A stretch of DNA of 64,000 bases from Verrucomicrobiia bacterium (GTDB lineage: Bacteria > Patescibacteriota > Saccharimonadia > Saccharimonadales > JAGQNK01). The notes below the pieces were generated by a model. The model made no database searches. It had not been told where the DNA came from and worked only from the letters and a program-made list of their open reading frames with translations. The DNA is taken from NCBI GenBank assembly GCA_035489575.1, contig DATHJY010000003.1:53800-117799 (forward strand), written 5' to 3'. The translations under genes were made by a program, and so were the position numbers. Positions 1-10,467 of this stretch are shown here, piece after piece. The number at the start of each line of letters is the position of its first letter. Position 1 is the stretch's first letter.

Positions 1-65
1 CCGATGAGCCACTTAATCTCGCCGCTCGTCCAGTCGGTTGATGCGGCTGCTGCCAGGATGGACAT
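1..65 (-). CDS. partial CDS (N-terminus only), hypothetical protein
   Basis: minus-strand ATG at 63-65 preceded by aggagc SD; reads MSILAAAASTDWTSGEIKWLIG and runs off the window edge. Confidence 0.3.
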   Translation of the reverse strand, partial: MSILAAAASTDWTSGEIKWLI

Positions 66-156
66 GTACTCACGCTCCTAGAGTTCGGGGGTGAACCGGA
101 GATGGAATAAGTATATTATGGCATATTGATTATAATTTTACAATACCCTGGTATGA

Positions 157-822
157 TTGACCTCGAGTATGCATACCCTTTTACGCGGCACTGACGACAA
201 AGAAATAGAACAAGCCCTCGACGCCAGCTGGGATCAAGTGCCTGCCGGCAGCACGGTGTGGAGGCTGGACGTGGCGCACCACGGTGACGCTGATGCGCCC
301 TCTTATCGTGCTTGGCAACAGGGGGATCGGCACCTGGCCGCACATATATTGCTGGCCGGCATTGGTCTACCGCACGACCCAGACGTACAGGCAGAACGGC
401 ACCAGCCGATGATCGACTTACTGGGCAGTATGCGCGCGTTTATAGACAAAGGTGGCAGATTAGAGCGCGTGGTGGTGATTGATCCTGCCGACCGCGAAGA
501 CCCCCTAGGGGGATTGGCCTGGCGCCACGAGCTGCTGTGGCCGCTGATTTATATGCCCCGGGGTGAAAGGGTCTGGCAGTTGTCGCACCAGGCGTGCAAA
601 GAGGCGGGTGTCGTTGTACCTGATTACGATGTTAATGATTTTACGGCTACAATGTTCGAGACTTATTACGAAGAACCTCGTCGGCGCGTGTTCTACGATC
701 TGGACCACCCAGAAGACCTGGGGCGTATACAGGCTGCATGGCAGCTTCGGGCTGTGGTCACCGAACTGATCAGGAGTGGCGCTGGTGTCGAACTGGAGCC
801 TCTGGACGAGTCCCTCTGGTAA
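157..822 (+). CDS. hypothetical protein
   Basis: 221-aa ORF (TTG start at 157, alternative ATG at 169); GC-rich; no recognisable motif. Confidence 0.45.
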   Translation: MTSSMHTLLRGTDDKEIEQALDASWDQVPAGSTVWRLDVAHHGDADAPSYRAWQQGDRHLAAHILLAGIGLPHDPDVQAERHQPMIDLLGSMRAFIDKGGRLERVVVIDPADREDPLGGLAWRHELLWPLIYMPRGERVWQLSHQACKEAGVVVPDYDVNDFTATMFETYYEEPRRRVFYDLDHPEDLGRIQAAWQLRAVVTELIRSGAGVELEPLDESLW

Positions 823-954
823 CAACCACTGATCTCGAAACCTTCAAGAGCACTGGTTGTGGGCCTTTTTCTCTTGTTCTTGGTGGTCTCCCTAAAGGGA
901 GGACAAGAATGAGAAAGGTATAACGGCCCGAACCTTGTATAGCAGTGCTTGGCA

Positions 955-1464
955 CTACGTGCGGTGACAGTACTCGCTCGGCTTCACGCCGTCGTCGATG
1001 GCGCTCAACAAGGTGAGAGGGAGGCGCATGCCACCAGGCTCATCCTGGAAGAACGTCTTCGTCACGCCGTCGTCGTTGACGCGGTACTGGACACGGCAGT
1101 CGCCCTTCCAGTCCTCGGCGGTGAAGCTGAACTCGCCACCATTCCACCCTGAGGCGTAGACCTTGTCGATCTCGTAGTCGAGATCGTGGCTCTGCTCGTA
1201 CTCCTGGAGGAGCACTTGGTGCTCGTCTTCCTGGATGTCGCTCAGGCGGCCATCGTGCGTGACGGTCGGGGTCAGCAGACCGATGAAGAACCACACGAAG
1301 ATGGCGATGACCCATGCGGCCCAACGAGGAATGGCCTCGTAGTTCCGACGGTAGTCCTGGTAATGGGCGTAGCTCACCAGCGCGAGGCAAGCGAGCGGGA
1401 TGCCGACCATCAGGGCGATCTGCCATCCCTCGAAGGGGATGGAGCGCGTCACTGCAAGCATCAC
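955..1464 (-). CDS. hypothetical membrane protein
   Basis: 169-aa ORF with two N-terminal hydrophobic helices; GC-rich patch. Confidence 0.5.
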   Translation of the reverse strand: MMLAVTRSIPFEGWQIALMVGIPLACLALVSYAHYQDYRRNYEAIPRWAAWVIAIFVWFFIGLLTPTVTHDGRLSDIQEDEHQVLLQEYEQSHDLDYEIDKVYASGWNGGEFSFTAEDWKGDCRVQYRVNDDGVTKTFFQDEPGGMRLPLTLLSAIDDGVKPSEYCHRT

Positions 1465-1611
1465 AGTCTCCTAACTGCTGCTAGGGGTGTCTCATCGATT
1501 GAAGAAACTATATAATTATAGCATTTTTTATAATATAAGTCAACATCCCTCACCCCCGTTGCTAGCTTTTGTTACAGGGTAGGCTACTCGTCAGTCCATA
1601 TCAGGGGTGGT

Positions 1612-2841
1612 ATGATATATCAAATGATTGAAATCTTGGATCTTGTGGCCCGAGCCGGCGGTGGCGGTTCCAGCGGCGGCGGCGGTGGTGGCGTGGGAAT
1701 TGTTGTGCTGCCATTGATACTTTTTAGCATAGTGGCCTCTCGGTGGGTGCGCAAGAAGAGGATCAAGAAAGCCCGGTCCAAGCAAAAGGCTGCTTTGGCC
1801 AAAGATCCTACCTGGTCAGAAGAGGTTATACAGCAAACCGCTGGCAACATCTTTTACGCCTTCCAGAAGGACTGGAGTGATTTTAATACCGACAGCATGA
1901 AGGCCTATCTGACGCCCCGATATCATTATCACACTTCCCTCATGCTGAACGCACTGTGGCACATGAATCGTCGCAACGAGATGCGAGACGTCAACCTAAA
2001 AAGCGTGACGCTGTTTGACGTGCATGACAATGCCGACGATGAACTAGATCGCTTCACGGTCGAGATCAGGGCTTCGGCAACCGACAATTTACTAGATATG
2101 GCCACTGGCAAGCTGCTGCATGGTACTTTTCCGGCGTTCGAAGAATTGTGGCACTTTGAGCGAGAGGGCAAGACCTGGATGCTGGACTCGGTTACCCAGA
2201 TAAATAGAGACAGCCTGATTGTTAAATACGACCCAGTGATCGACAAGAAATACGCCGATTTTGCCAAAGCCAATAAGTTCTTTTATAACGCCGACTTTGG
2301 CTGGCTGCTGATGCCGCTGCACGGTATTTTGTTTAGCGATGCCAGCTATGGCCGGTCGGACCTGAACCATCATGTCATCGGACTGTATCACAACCTGATA
2401 GTGCAGTTTTTTGAATATACTCCGCTTATCCAAAAGCAGGCACAGTTGAAAGATCACTTCAGGCACTTGTACCAACCGCGAAATCCCATGGCAAACTACA
2501 CGGTGGCGCATACCACTCTCCCCAAGAGTTACGGCAATATACTAGTCGCCCGGCACAAGTCATCTGCATTTTTCAAGTTCTCCCCACAAGGGATGCACAA
2601 GATTACGCTGGAATGGCCCCAGTTCAATAAGCTGTTCGATGTCTATGCCACTGATATGGATAGGATCGCTAGTCTTGAACTGGTGCATCCAGCATTTATG
2701 GAGCAGCTGGTTGGCCTGTCTTTCAAGGTCAGTATCGAGGTGATTGGCACTGACTTGTATCTGTATTCTACCGATAAGTCCGCAGACTATCAGCAGATGC
2801 TGGATATTCTCAAAAAAGCTTTCAAAGAAATGAAGCTGTAG
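1612..2841 (+). CDS. membrane protein with Gly-rich linker and Tim44-like/DUF-type C-terminal domains
   Basis: 409 aa: poly-Gly run, TM helix (IVVLPLILFSIVA), basic stretch, then soluble domains; no catalytic motif recognised. Confidence 0.5.
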   Translation: MIYQMIEILDLVARAGGGGSSGGGGGGVGIVVLPLILFSIVASRWVRKKRIKKARSKQKAALAKDPTWSEEVIQQTAGNIFYAFQKDWSDFNTDSMKAYLTPRYHYHTSLMLNALWHMNRRNEMRDVNLKSVTLFDVHDNADDELDRFTVEIRASATDNLLDMATGKLLHGTFPAFEELWHFEREGKTWMLDSVTQINRDSLIVKYDPVIDKKYADFAKANKFFYNADFGWLLMPLHGILFSDASYGRSDLNHHVIGLYHNLIVQFFEYTPLIQKQAQLKDHFRHLYQPRNPMANYTVAHTTLPKSYGNILVARHKSSAFFKFSPQGMHKITLEWPQFNKLFDVYATDMDRIASLELVHPAFMEQLVGLSFKVSIEVIGTDLYLYSTDKSADYQQMLDILKKAFKEMKL

Positions 2842-2845
2842 CCGG

Positions 2846-3994
2846 TTAGTAAAAGGTTTTGTCAAAGCCGGCACCCTTCAGGGTGTTTTTGTCGACTGGC
2901 TTGGCACTGAGGGTGATGGCATCCTGGCTGGCAATCAGCTCGGTGGGACGGGCAGGTGGTTGGCGGTCCTTGCTCATGACATGAATGTGGCTGATCACCA
3001 GGCTGTCTCCCACTGGATAATAGAGATACCGGACGTAATCATTGAGCCTGTTATAGAACTCTGCCTGGTAGTACGGGCCAATTTTGCGGCAGGCAACGTA
3101 TCCCATGGAATTGCCGGGGGACGGACCACAGTTTGGCCCCATGAGCTGGTAGTCTGAGAGGCGCCCGACATGCATAGTGACACTTTGTTCGTGGTTTTTT
3201 TGGTAGCTAAAGTTGATAAGGCTGGGGTGGTCGGCGTTGAGGCCGTCGATCTCCATGTGAGGTGGTGGGCCCAGCCGTTCGTTAATTGTCCAGCCCGGAG
3301 GTAGCGATTGTGGTATGGCCGGCGTGAAGTCTAGTTTGGAATAAGCCTGGGCGTTTTTTTGGCTCAGGGTAACTTTGTCTATTCTGGACTGGCTGTTTAT
3401 TTGCTCGACACGTCTGGCATTGGGTAACAAGTATAATCGATCGCTGCCGGGCGTAACTTCTGTGAAACTATCAAAATATTTCTGCCCACTGCTGCCACCT
3501 GCTGCTTTGATGTACAAAAATGTATTGCCAATGGTCACAAAACTTTCGTCTGTCGTAGATGGCATGCGCCGGCTTATGGTGTACACCGGTGCGCCCTGTA
3601 GGGTGCCTTTTTGAGTGCACGCGGAGGGGTAGTATGGTGTGATATCGGCAATGTTGGGACAAGCCGATGCCTTGAGTAGTGGGCTGGCCGGAAGGGCTAC
3701 GATGATTGTCCAAGGGCCAAGGGGCTCATCTCGGTGGAGTACGAGCGTCTGGGCAGAGCTGTACATGAGTCCTCGGCCATATTTGGTGAATACTTGTTGC
3801 TTCTGAACCGGTACGCCAAACATAAAGCTTCTGTCATCTGAAAAGTGGGTGGCATCGGGCAGCCAGACCCGACTGGGGAGCCTGATAGCAAAGGTTGCCG
3901 CAACCAGCAGCAGTCCTAGCGTTATCCAGCTGAGGGTACGCAGTGCCTGGGTGTAGCGGGGGTTTCTTTTGGCGAAGCGTCGGATGGCATGCAT
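2846..3994 (-). CDS. hypothetical N-terminally anchored/secreted protein
   Basis: 382-aa ORF with N-terminal TM/signal (WITLGLLLVAATFAI). Confidence 0.5.
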   Translation of the reverse strand: MHAIRRFAKRNPRYTQALRTLSWITLGLLLVAATFAIRLPSRVWLPDATHFSDDRSFMFGVPVQKQQVFTKYGRGLMYSSAQTLVLHRDEPLGPWTIIVALPASPLLKASACPNIADITPYYPSACTQKGTLQGAPVYTISRRMPSTTDESFVTIGNTFLYIKAAGGSSGQKYFDSFTEVTPGSDRLYLLPNARRVEQINSQSRIDKVTLSQKNAQAYSKLDFTPAIPQSLPPGWTINERLGPPPHMEIDGLNADHPSLINFSYQKNHEQSVTMHVGRLSDYQLMGPNCGPSPGNSMGYVACRKIGPYYQAEFYNRLNDYVRYLYYPVGDSLVISHIHVMSKDRQPPARPTELIASQDAITLSAKPVDKNTLKGAGFDKTFY

Positions 3995-4166
3995 ACGCTC
4001 ATAATATCATTGAACCCATCTCATATCTCCCCTCCAGCCTCAAGCCTTGCTGTTGGCGTGCTTCGCCAGTTTTGCTTCGCAACGTATCTACGGATACGTC
4101 TTGTCGCAAGAACTGACAAATCACGCTCACCAGCAAGGCTTTCACTTAACAGACGGGAGATATGAG

Positions 4167-4748
4167 ATGGGTTCATTAGGCCATTTACTTGGTATAATGA
4201 CCGGCATGATCGATATTATATTTGAGTCCCATGCCACTACGCTTGATAACGAAAAAAAGATTGCCTCTGGGCATTTTGATGTTGCTTTGTCCAACATAGG
4301 CATAGAAAAAGCCAAGCAATTGGGCGAACGCCGCGCTGGCGAACATTTTGACGCCATCTTTTGCTCTGACTTGCAGCGGTCTTATAAGACAGCCGAGCTG
4401 GCTTTTGGCGATAAGTTTCCGATATTTCAAGACCGTCGACTTCGTGAATGTGACTACGGTGACTACGAGCATCGGCCCAGTTCTGAAATAGAAGCCGAGC
4501 GACCCAAACGCGTAACCCGACCATTCCCCCACGGCGAAAGCTACGAGCAGTGTGCCGAATATATGAAGACTTTCCTGGAAGAGGTGCTGGCCAAATACGA
4601 TGGTAAGCGAGTCATGGTTGTTGGGTCGCGGGCTACCCAATATGGCCTGGAGAGATGGGTGGACGGCAAAACCCTAGAGGAAATTGTTGCTGCGTCTTGG
4701 CAGTGGCAACCCGGCTGGACGTACAGGCTTGAAAAAATTAGCGCATAG
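4167..4748 (+). CDS. histidine phosphatase (phosphoglycerate mutase-like) family protein
   Basis: N-terminal IDIIFESHATT (RHG-like catalytic His motif variant) and overall PGAM-like layout; start uncertain (ATG 4167 with GGAG SD, or 4197/4206). Confidence 0.55.
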   Translation: MGSLGHLLGIMTGMIDIIFESHATTLDNEKKIASGHFDVALSNIGIEKAKQLGERRAGEHFDAIFCSDLQRSYKTAELAFGDKFPIFQDRRLRECDYGDYEHRPSSEIEAERPKRVTRPFPHGESYEQCAEYMKTFLEEVLAKYDGKRVMVVGSRATQYGLERWVDGKTLEEIVAASWQWQPGWTYRLEKISA

Positions 4749-4871
4749 AGTTGAACTTGATGTGGCAGCGAGAGCTCCGTGTACCCACACGCTCTCGCTG
4801 CCACATCCCGATTTTTATAGAATAAGAGGCTCCCGTCAGGAAGCTTTTTTTGTTGGAGTACAATAGCATGC

Positions 4872-6139
4872 ATGCAAGTGTTCGAGAATTTTGCCAGCGT
4901 ACATGCCTATTTGAATCAGCGGTTGCCTCAGGCATGGCCCAGCGGGCACGCTTATACACTAGATCGCATGCGTCAGCTTATGGACTATTTGGGCAATCCC
5001 CAGGATAGTTACAAGGCTATACATATAGCTGGTACCTCTGGAAAAACCTCGACAGCTTACTACGTAGCGTCGCTACTACGCCAGGCAGGATTCAAGGTGG
5101 GGCTGACGGTCCCCATGTAGATGAGATTAATGAGCGTGTACAAATAAACAACAAGCCCCTTAGCGAATCGCGATTTTGTAGCAGTTTCGGAAAATTTATA
5201 GAGAAGGTGGAGAAAAGTGACATCAAGCCCACCTATTTTGAGACACTGGTAGCATTTGCCTTCTGGCAGTTTAGCCAGTCAAAGGTAGACTATGCCGTGA
5301 TAGAGGTTGGTCTGGGCGGCTTGCTGGATGGCACTAACGTGATGCATCGGCAGGATAAGGTATGCGTTATTACCGACATAGACTACGATCACACCTCTAC
5401 CTTGGGCAAAACCCTGGAAGCTATTGCGGCTCAGAAGGCCGGCATTATCCAGCCGCACACCGCTGTCTTTTCATACGAGCAGAACGACGAGGTGATGGGG
5501 GTGCTGCGCGAGGCGTCCCGGCAGCAGCAAGCCGAGCTGCACGAAGTATGGCCACTCAAGGACACAGAACTACCCGAGAACCTGCCGCTGTTTCAGCGGC
5601 GCAATTGGTACTTGGCCTACTCTGTAGTTGAGTACTTAACGACGCGAGATAACTTCAAGGCGCTGGGTGAGGCTGGGCTGGAAAAGTCGACGCATGCTTA
5701 CATCCCTGCGCGAATGGAACAACAGGAACTAGCGGGTCATACGCTTATTATGGATGGCGCCCACAATCCGCAGAAGTTCCAGATGCTTATGAAGAGTGTT
5801 GCGCATGCTTACCCAGATGCTCCCCTGGCCTGTATGGTTAGCTTTGTGCGCACCAAGCAGGCCAAGGTGCGAGACAGCTTGCAGGCCTTGGTGCCGTATT
5901 GTTCGCACCTTATCATTACTAGCTTTGCCCAAGACAGCATGGGTAAGACGTCTATAGACCCACTAAAAATAGCAGAGCAGTGTGAAGAGCTCGGCTTTGA
6001 AAACTGGGAAATTATACATGACCCAATCCAGGCCTATAAAAAATTACTGAAACGTCCTGAACCTTTATTGCTTATAAGTGGTTCGTTCTTTTTGCTAAAC
6101 TACGTCAGACCCTACATAAAAAAGGAACAGCCAACATGA
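4872..6139 (+). CDS. folC: folylpolyglutamate synthase/dihydrofolate synthase FolC, interrupted by a frameshift in a C4 run (5111-5114)
   Basis: Mur-ligase P-loop HIAGTSGKTSTAYYVASLL in the 4872-5120 frame. The conserved continuation PHVDEINERVQINNKPLSE...DYDHTSTLGKTLEAIAAQKAGII is in a different frame from 5114 on. One extra C would fuse the two frames. Confidence 0.75.
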
Positions 6140-6609
6140 TCAGGTGTATTGCAGTAATGGATGAAAAACAAGGCATAGCTGATGATCATGGCATTCCCTG
6201 GCAAGGTAAGCTCCCGACTGATATCCGGTATTATCGCCGGAAGTCCAGGGGCGGCACGGTACTCATGGGTGAGGTCATGTATAACGAACTGACCCGGCCT
6301 ATGCCTGGCAGGCGGAATTTGGTGTTGGCGCTGGCGCCCACCTTGCGTCCTGGCTTTGAAAAAGTAAAAGACCTTGCGACATTGTTGCAAAACCCTCCTG
6401 AGAACTTCTGGGTACTCGGCGGTGCTAGCATTTTTGAACAGACTTTAGATGCGGCGGACGAGCTGTATCTGACCCAAATAGAGGGCGACTTTGGATGCAC
6501 TAAATTCTTCCCAGAATTTAAAGATACATTTGAACTGGCAGAAGAAAGCCAGCCCCAAATAGAGAGTGGTATTACCTTTCGCTTTCAGATCTGGAAAAGA
6601 AAGACCTAG
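6136..6609 (+). CDS. folA: dihydrofolate reductase
   Basis: MIRCIAVMDEKQGIADDHGIPWQGKLPTDIRYYRRKSRGGTVLMG... is a DHFR signature; ATGA overlap with the folC stop. Confidence 0.85.
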   Translation: MIRCIAVMDEKQGIADDHGIPWQGKLPTDIRYYRRKSRGGTVLMGEVMYNELTRPMPGRRNLVLALAPTLRPGFEKVKDLATLLQNPPENFWVLGGASIFEQTLDAADELYLTQIEGDFGCTKFFPEFKDTFELAEESQPQIESGITFRFQIWKRKT

Positions 6610-6839
6610 CTTTTTAGCGGGCGACCGTCGGCGTCTTGCAGGTTTTTGGTGGCGATCAAGATGACGTCTATAAGCCACCAAACACCGCAGCCTCCAAAGG
6701 TCAGAAGCTTGAGGATGCCTAGGCCGATATAGCCCATGTAAAAACGGTCAATTCCCAGCTGACCCACCAAAATAGACAGTAGTAGTGCTACCAGAAACTC
6801 TCGTTGTTCGCCTTGTGGTTTTTTTGTTGTTTGTGCCAT
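6606..6839 (-). CDS. TM2 domain-containing small membrane protein
   Basis: GIDRFYMGYIGLGILKLLTFGGCGVWWLIDVI matches the TM2 domain pattern. Confidence 0.65.
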   Translation of the reverse strand: MAQTTKKPQGEQREFLVALLLSILVGQLGIDRFYMGYIGLGILKLLTFGGCGVWWLIDVILIATKNLQDADGRPLKS

Positions 6840-6854
6840 GACTGGCTCTCCTTG

Positions 6855-7199
6855 TTATGTCTGTATATCGTTAGTGTATGATTTTTTGCCTAGTATTGTC
6901 GACTGCTTTATACGATAAATGTCCCCCGCTATGACAACCAGGCCCACAACACACACGGGGACAATCAAGAAATTGCGGTCTAGAGCAGCAGCCGGATGGC
7001 CATGGATAAGCAGCCAGTAGGCACGGGTTAGGCCAATAGAGGGCGCCCAGTCAAAGCCGAGCCTTTGCCACAAAGACAGGTTGGATAGCCAGGAAAAGGG
7101 CACAATGAAGACAATGGTAGTTGCTGCAAGCCATGCCAGCACCCGCCCCTGGGGCGTGCCGAGGGTAACGATCTGCCAGACAAGCTGCTTGGCGTGCAT
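6855..7199 (-). CDS. hypothetical membrane protein
   Basis: 114-aa ORF with multiple hydrophobic segments. Confidence 0.4.
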   Translation of the reverse strand: MHAKQLVWQIVTLGTPQGRVLAWLAATTIVFIVPFSWLSNLSLWQRLGFDWAPSIGLTRAYWLLIHGHPAAALDRNFLIVPVCVVGLVVIAGDIYRIKQSTILGKKSYTNDIQT

Positions 7200-7227
7200 A
7201 GGGTTATTGTACCGATTTGCAGGGAGC

Positions 7228-8133
7228 TTAAGAAACCGAAGCGGTTATAAGTTCGGGTGTGGGCCATTCGGCGAACCGAGGGTGGGTAGTGATGTAATTG
7301 CTGGCCTCTAGTAGACCTTCGAAGCTACCGCCATCTAGATATTTGCCCAGTACTCGGTGGACATAGAAGCTTTGGTCGGCAGCCAGAGCGGACTGAATGG
7401 CAAATGTCACGTAGTGCTCGGCAAGGCCACGGTTGCGCTGCATCTCTGCATCTATATGCTCCCAGATAGAGCCGCTAAGCAAGTAACGGCTGATGTTGGC
7501 AACCGGGTGCTCTGCTATGCGTTCTAGTGGTGGTTTTTCATCAAAGGCGCCCAGGTTGCCATACTGGTCTACCAACAGATTGCCGTATTTTGTGGCCTGT
7601 TCGCGGTCAACGGGCAAGCCCATAATGGCATGTTCGGTGCCTTTTTCTTTCCAGTCAGCAATGGCTAGGCTCAGTTCCGAGGTGCCGTTCTGGTGGTAGA
7701 CAAAATCGTCACCGCCCATGAGGGCAAAGTGCTTCTCGCCCTGCAGGCGCTCTCGGGCTAGGAACGGCGGGATGGCTGTTCCGTAGTTGTCTGGGGGTTG
7801 AATAACGTATTCGAACTCGATGCCGTAAGCACGGCGGCGTTCAATCTCTTGATCTATTTTGTCAGTTTTGCCAACTCGCAGGAGCTGTTGGCGAATAGTG
7901 GGTGAGATGTCTTGCCCAAAGTAATCCCTGAGCTGCTGTTCTCCGCGTTCGCTTGTCACAAAGATAACCCGGCTGAGCCCAGCCAGGACGCAGTCTTCTA
8001 CCATGTAGTCCACAAGCGGTCGACTCTCTGGACCAGCATAGACAGGCATCATGCACTTTTCTATGGCTGTAGTAACGGGAAATTCACGGGACCCGGCTCC
8101 GGCAACCGGTATAACGGCTGTTTCTATATTCAT
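7228..8133 (-). CDS. galU: UTP--glucose-1-phosphate uridylyltransferase-like nucleotidyltransferase
   Basis: N-terminal AVIPVAGAGSR nucleotidyl-transferase loop; YVIQPPDNYGTAIPPF...GGDDFV sugar-nucleotide pyrophosphorylase motifs. Confidence 0.65.
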   Translation of the reverse strand: MNIETAVIPVAGAGSREFPVTTAIEKCMMPVYAGPESRPLVDYMVEDCVLAGLSRVIFVTSERGEQQLRDYFGQDISPTIRQQLLRVGKTDKIDQEIERRRAYGIEFEYVIQPPDNYGTAIPPFLARERLQGEKHFALMGGDDFVYHQNGTSELSLAIADWKEKGTEHAIMGLPVDREQATKYGNLLVDQYGNLGAFDEKPPLERIAEHPVANISRYLLSGSIWEHIDAEMQRNRGLAEHYVTFAIQSALAADQSFYVHRVLGKYLDGGSFEGLLEASNYITTHPRFAEWPTPELITASVS

Positions 8134-8195
8134 TGCCGTTTTATATCATAAAAAGCGCATAAATCAACGAGCTCACGCTTAAATCACCCAGAACC

Positions 8196-9335
8196 CTAGG
8201 TCTTTTGCTGTAAGGAAACCATAAACGAGGCAAGTCTGGTCAACCTTCTTAGTTGATGCTTTCTCATCCTTTTTTCTTTTATGTCTAGCGCAAGGTTTTC
8301 GTCGGCTTTGGTCAGGCGTTCTGCCTCCTCGTCAAAACCGTGTAGTTTCAAGAATTCAGCCTGGCTGCCACGATATAACTCCCGAAGGCCTGCTTGTTCG
8401 CCAGCACGCTTCATATGCTCAAAGTCCAGCGATACTGTGATATCCACGGCCCCTGGGAATAGATAGGCGTTTTCAATGCCATTCTTACTGATCGGATATA
8501 TCCGGGGAGCATACTTGGCAGGGTCTGCGACCCCATCTTCAATACCGTAATCTATGGTGAGTACGTGTCCACTCTTCATGACGCTGCTAAGGCTCTTTTG
8601 CCAGCGAGCTACCATGGGGCGTGTGGTGAATTCGGCGCCATCGGGAACGTCGTCTATGCTAACGGTGCCAGCTACGGCAAGCGAAAGCTCTCCTTCGACC
8701 TGTATAAATTCTCCTTCGTCATTCTGGGAGACATATATTTCTAGTAAAATATCTCCGCGACGAATAACGCGATGTGCTGGAAAAGCATCGGGCAGTTCAT
8801 TGGAAAGGAAAAAAGCGTTATCTACATGAAAAGGCAGGGCATCTGCCGAGGCATTGACCCACCGTACGGGCATATCCTGGAGTGATTGTTGCTGTCTTGC
8901 TATAAGGCCCGGTGATCGCTCTATTATTGTATAGCGGGTGCGCTCGTAGAGCATGGGATAAGCCTGTTCAAGCTTGGTTAGTATATCTTTGGCTAGCTTA
9001 CCGTTGCCGGCACCCATCTCTATGATGTCGAATGGTTCAGGCCGGCCACTGGCCTCCCATGTCTTATGAACTGCGTTGGCTACGCTGAACCCAAACGCCT
9101 CGTGCATCTCGGGGCATGTAGTAAAGTCCGCCCCAGGGCCTATATCTACTCGTCCCGAGGAGTAATACCCATGCTCGGAATACAGTGAAACGTCTGTAAA
9201 CTCGGCAAAGGTTATCCTGTTGTCGGGGCTGTCCTGTATGCGCTGACTTAGTAACTCCACCACCTCAGGAATTGGCTGTAGTTTTTCGGTAGCAGCAAAA
9301 GGATCGGGGGACTGATCTTCACAAACCTCTATCAT
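8196..9335 (-). CDS. SAM-dependent methyltransferase, MidA/NDUFAF7 (DUF185) family
   Basis: GPGADFTTCPEMHEAFGFSVANAV...IIEMGAGNGKLAKD is characteristic of the MidA family. Confidence 0.6.
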   Translation of the reverse strand: MIEVCEDQSPDPFAATEKLQPIPEVVELLSQRIQDSPDNRITFAEFTDVSLYSEHGYYSSGRVDIGPGADFTTCPEMHEAFGFSVANAVHKTWEASGRPEPFDIIEMGAGNGKLAKDILTKLEQAYPMLYERTRYTIIERSPGLIARQQQSLQDMPVRWVNASADALPFHVDNAFFLSNELPDAFPAHRVIRRGDILLEIYVSQNDEGEFIQVEGELSLAVAGTVSIDDVPDGAEFTTRPMVARWQKSLSSVMKSGHVLTIDYGIEDGVADPAKYAPRIYPISKNGIENAYLFPGAVDITVSLDFEHMKRAGEQAGLRELYRGSQAEFLKLHGFDEEAERLTKADENLALDIKEKRMRKHQLRRLTRLASFMVSLQQKT

Positions 9336-9404
9336 TTTTAGTTTTATAACATATTTTGTATTTTTTCACAACAATTATGTGATCAGAGATAGCTAAGTGG
9401 GTAA

Positions 9405-10156
9405 CTAGGCCTTGTGTACCAGGACGCTCACATCGTCCTGGGCATTGTGGGAAAAGGCCAAGTATCCCAGTGACTTCACGACGTTGGCAGCCGGGCTACC
9501 GTCGAATAAAGCAGCAATTTCCTCGGGCTGCACGCTGGACTTTTCGTCATGTTCCCACTCATCCAGCCCGTCAGTAAATAGCGCAATATAGTCGTCAGGT
9601 AATAATGGCACCTTTTTAAAGATCAGTGCTTCGTTTACGGCTTTTCTATTACCTAGGCCCGCATGAGAGAAAGCGCCAAGCCACGTTGCCTCCTTTGGCA
9701 ACTGGAATCGAATGCGGCCATCATTCACCACCAATAGGCTGCAGTCGCCATAGCTTGTGACTGAAAGCTGACTGTTGGCTACCGCGACTGCGATAAATGC
9801 AGCTTCGGGGGTGAGGTCTGTCGGGGTGTCTGCTTGTTCGCTTCCATAGCGTTCGAATAGAGCTGTCTGGAGGCGTGTTACCTTTGTCACGGCTTCGCTT
9901 CTGGCATGTGGGTTTTCTTCTGTGCCCAAAAATCAACAATGTGCTGTGCGGCCCCGTCTCCCCAGTGTCCGTCTGCGATACATGCGTTCAGGCTATTCTG
10001 CTCTGGCCACACCCCTAGACGATCTTCGTTTTCATGGCCAGTAGGGCCGCGCCGATTGAAAAATATGCTGTTTTTTCGTCTGGCGTGATTATATGTTTTT
10101 CCCAAGAACCAGCTTCTGTTCCCATAGCTGTAGTATACCTTCTGAGGCACGACCAT
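9405..10156 (-). CDS. PP2C-family Ser/Thr phosphatase, interrupted by a frameshift near 9905-9925
   Basis: N-part (9887-10156) has the ADGHWGDGAAQ metal-binding motif. C-part (9405-9929) has the GDCSLLVVNDGRI/...DDVSVLV PP2C motifs. The two frames are offset by 1 nt in an A/T-run region (gatttttgggcacagaagaaaaccc). Confidence 0.6.
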
Positions 10157-10220
10157 TTTGCTAAGGCGGCCTTGATGTAACAGATGTAATCTGTTAATAT
10201 AGCGGAGTTTAAGCAAACGT

Positions 10221-10297
10221 GGGCCAGTAGCTCAGCTGGTTAGAGCACCTGCCTCTTAAGCAGGGTGTCGAGGGTTCAAGTCCCTCCTGGCCCTCCA
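10221..10297 (+). tRNA. tRNA-Lys (anticodon CTT), CCA encoded
   Basis: cloverleaf: acceptor gggccag/ctggccc, D-arm gctc..gagc, anticodon stem cctgc/gcagg with loop ctCTTaa, T-arm gaggg-ttcaagt-ccctc, then tcca. Confidence 0.9.
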
Positions 10298-10301
10298 GAT
10301 A

Positions 10302-10331
10302 AAAAGACCTACCGAAGCGTAGGTCTTTTTA
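10302..10331 (+). terminator. rho-independent terminator after tRNA-Lys
   Basis: agacctac-cgaagc-gtaggtct hairpin followed by ttttt. Confidence 0.6.
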
Positions 10332-10467
10332 TCTGGTTGATTATCGAGAGACTTGAACCCGGGAGGGTGAGGACAGCCCGGTGGCTGTCCGAATTTTCCA
10401 TGCTTGGCCTCACACAAAAATGCTTGAAGTAGCGAGTCCCACTGAGGGCTCGGCGCTCCAAAACACT

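Noticed and set aside
1040-1426. 128-aa ORF overlapping 955-1464 in another frame
   Set aside because: Arg/Pro-rich shadow frame of a GC-rich gene; the 955-1464 frame has coherent TM helices.
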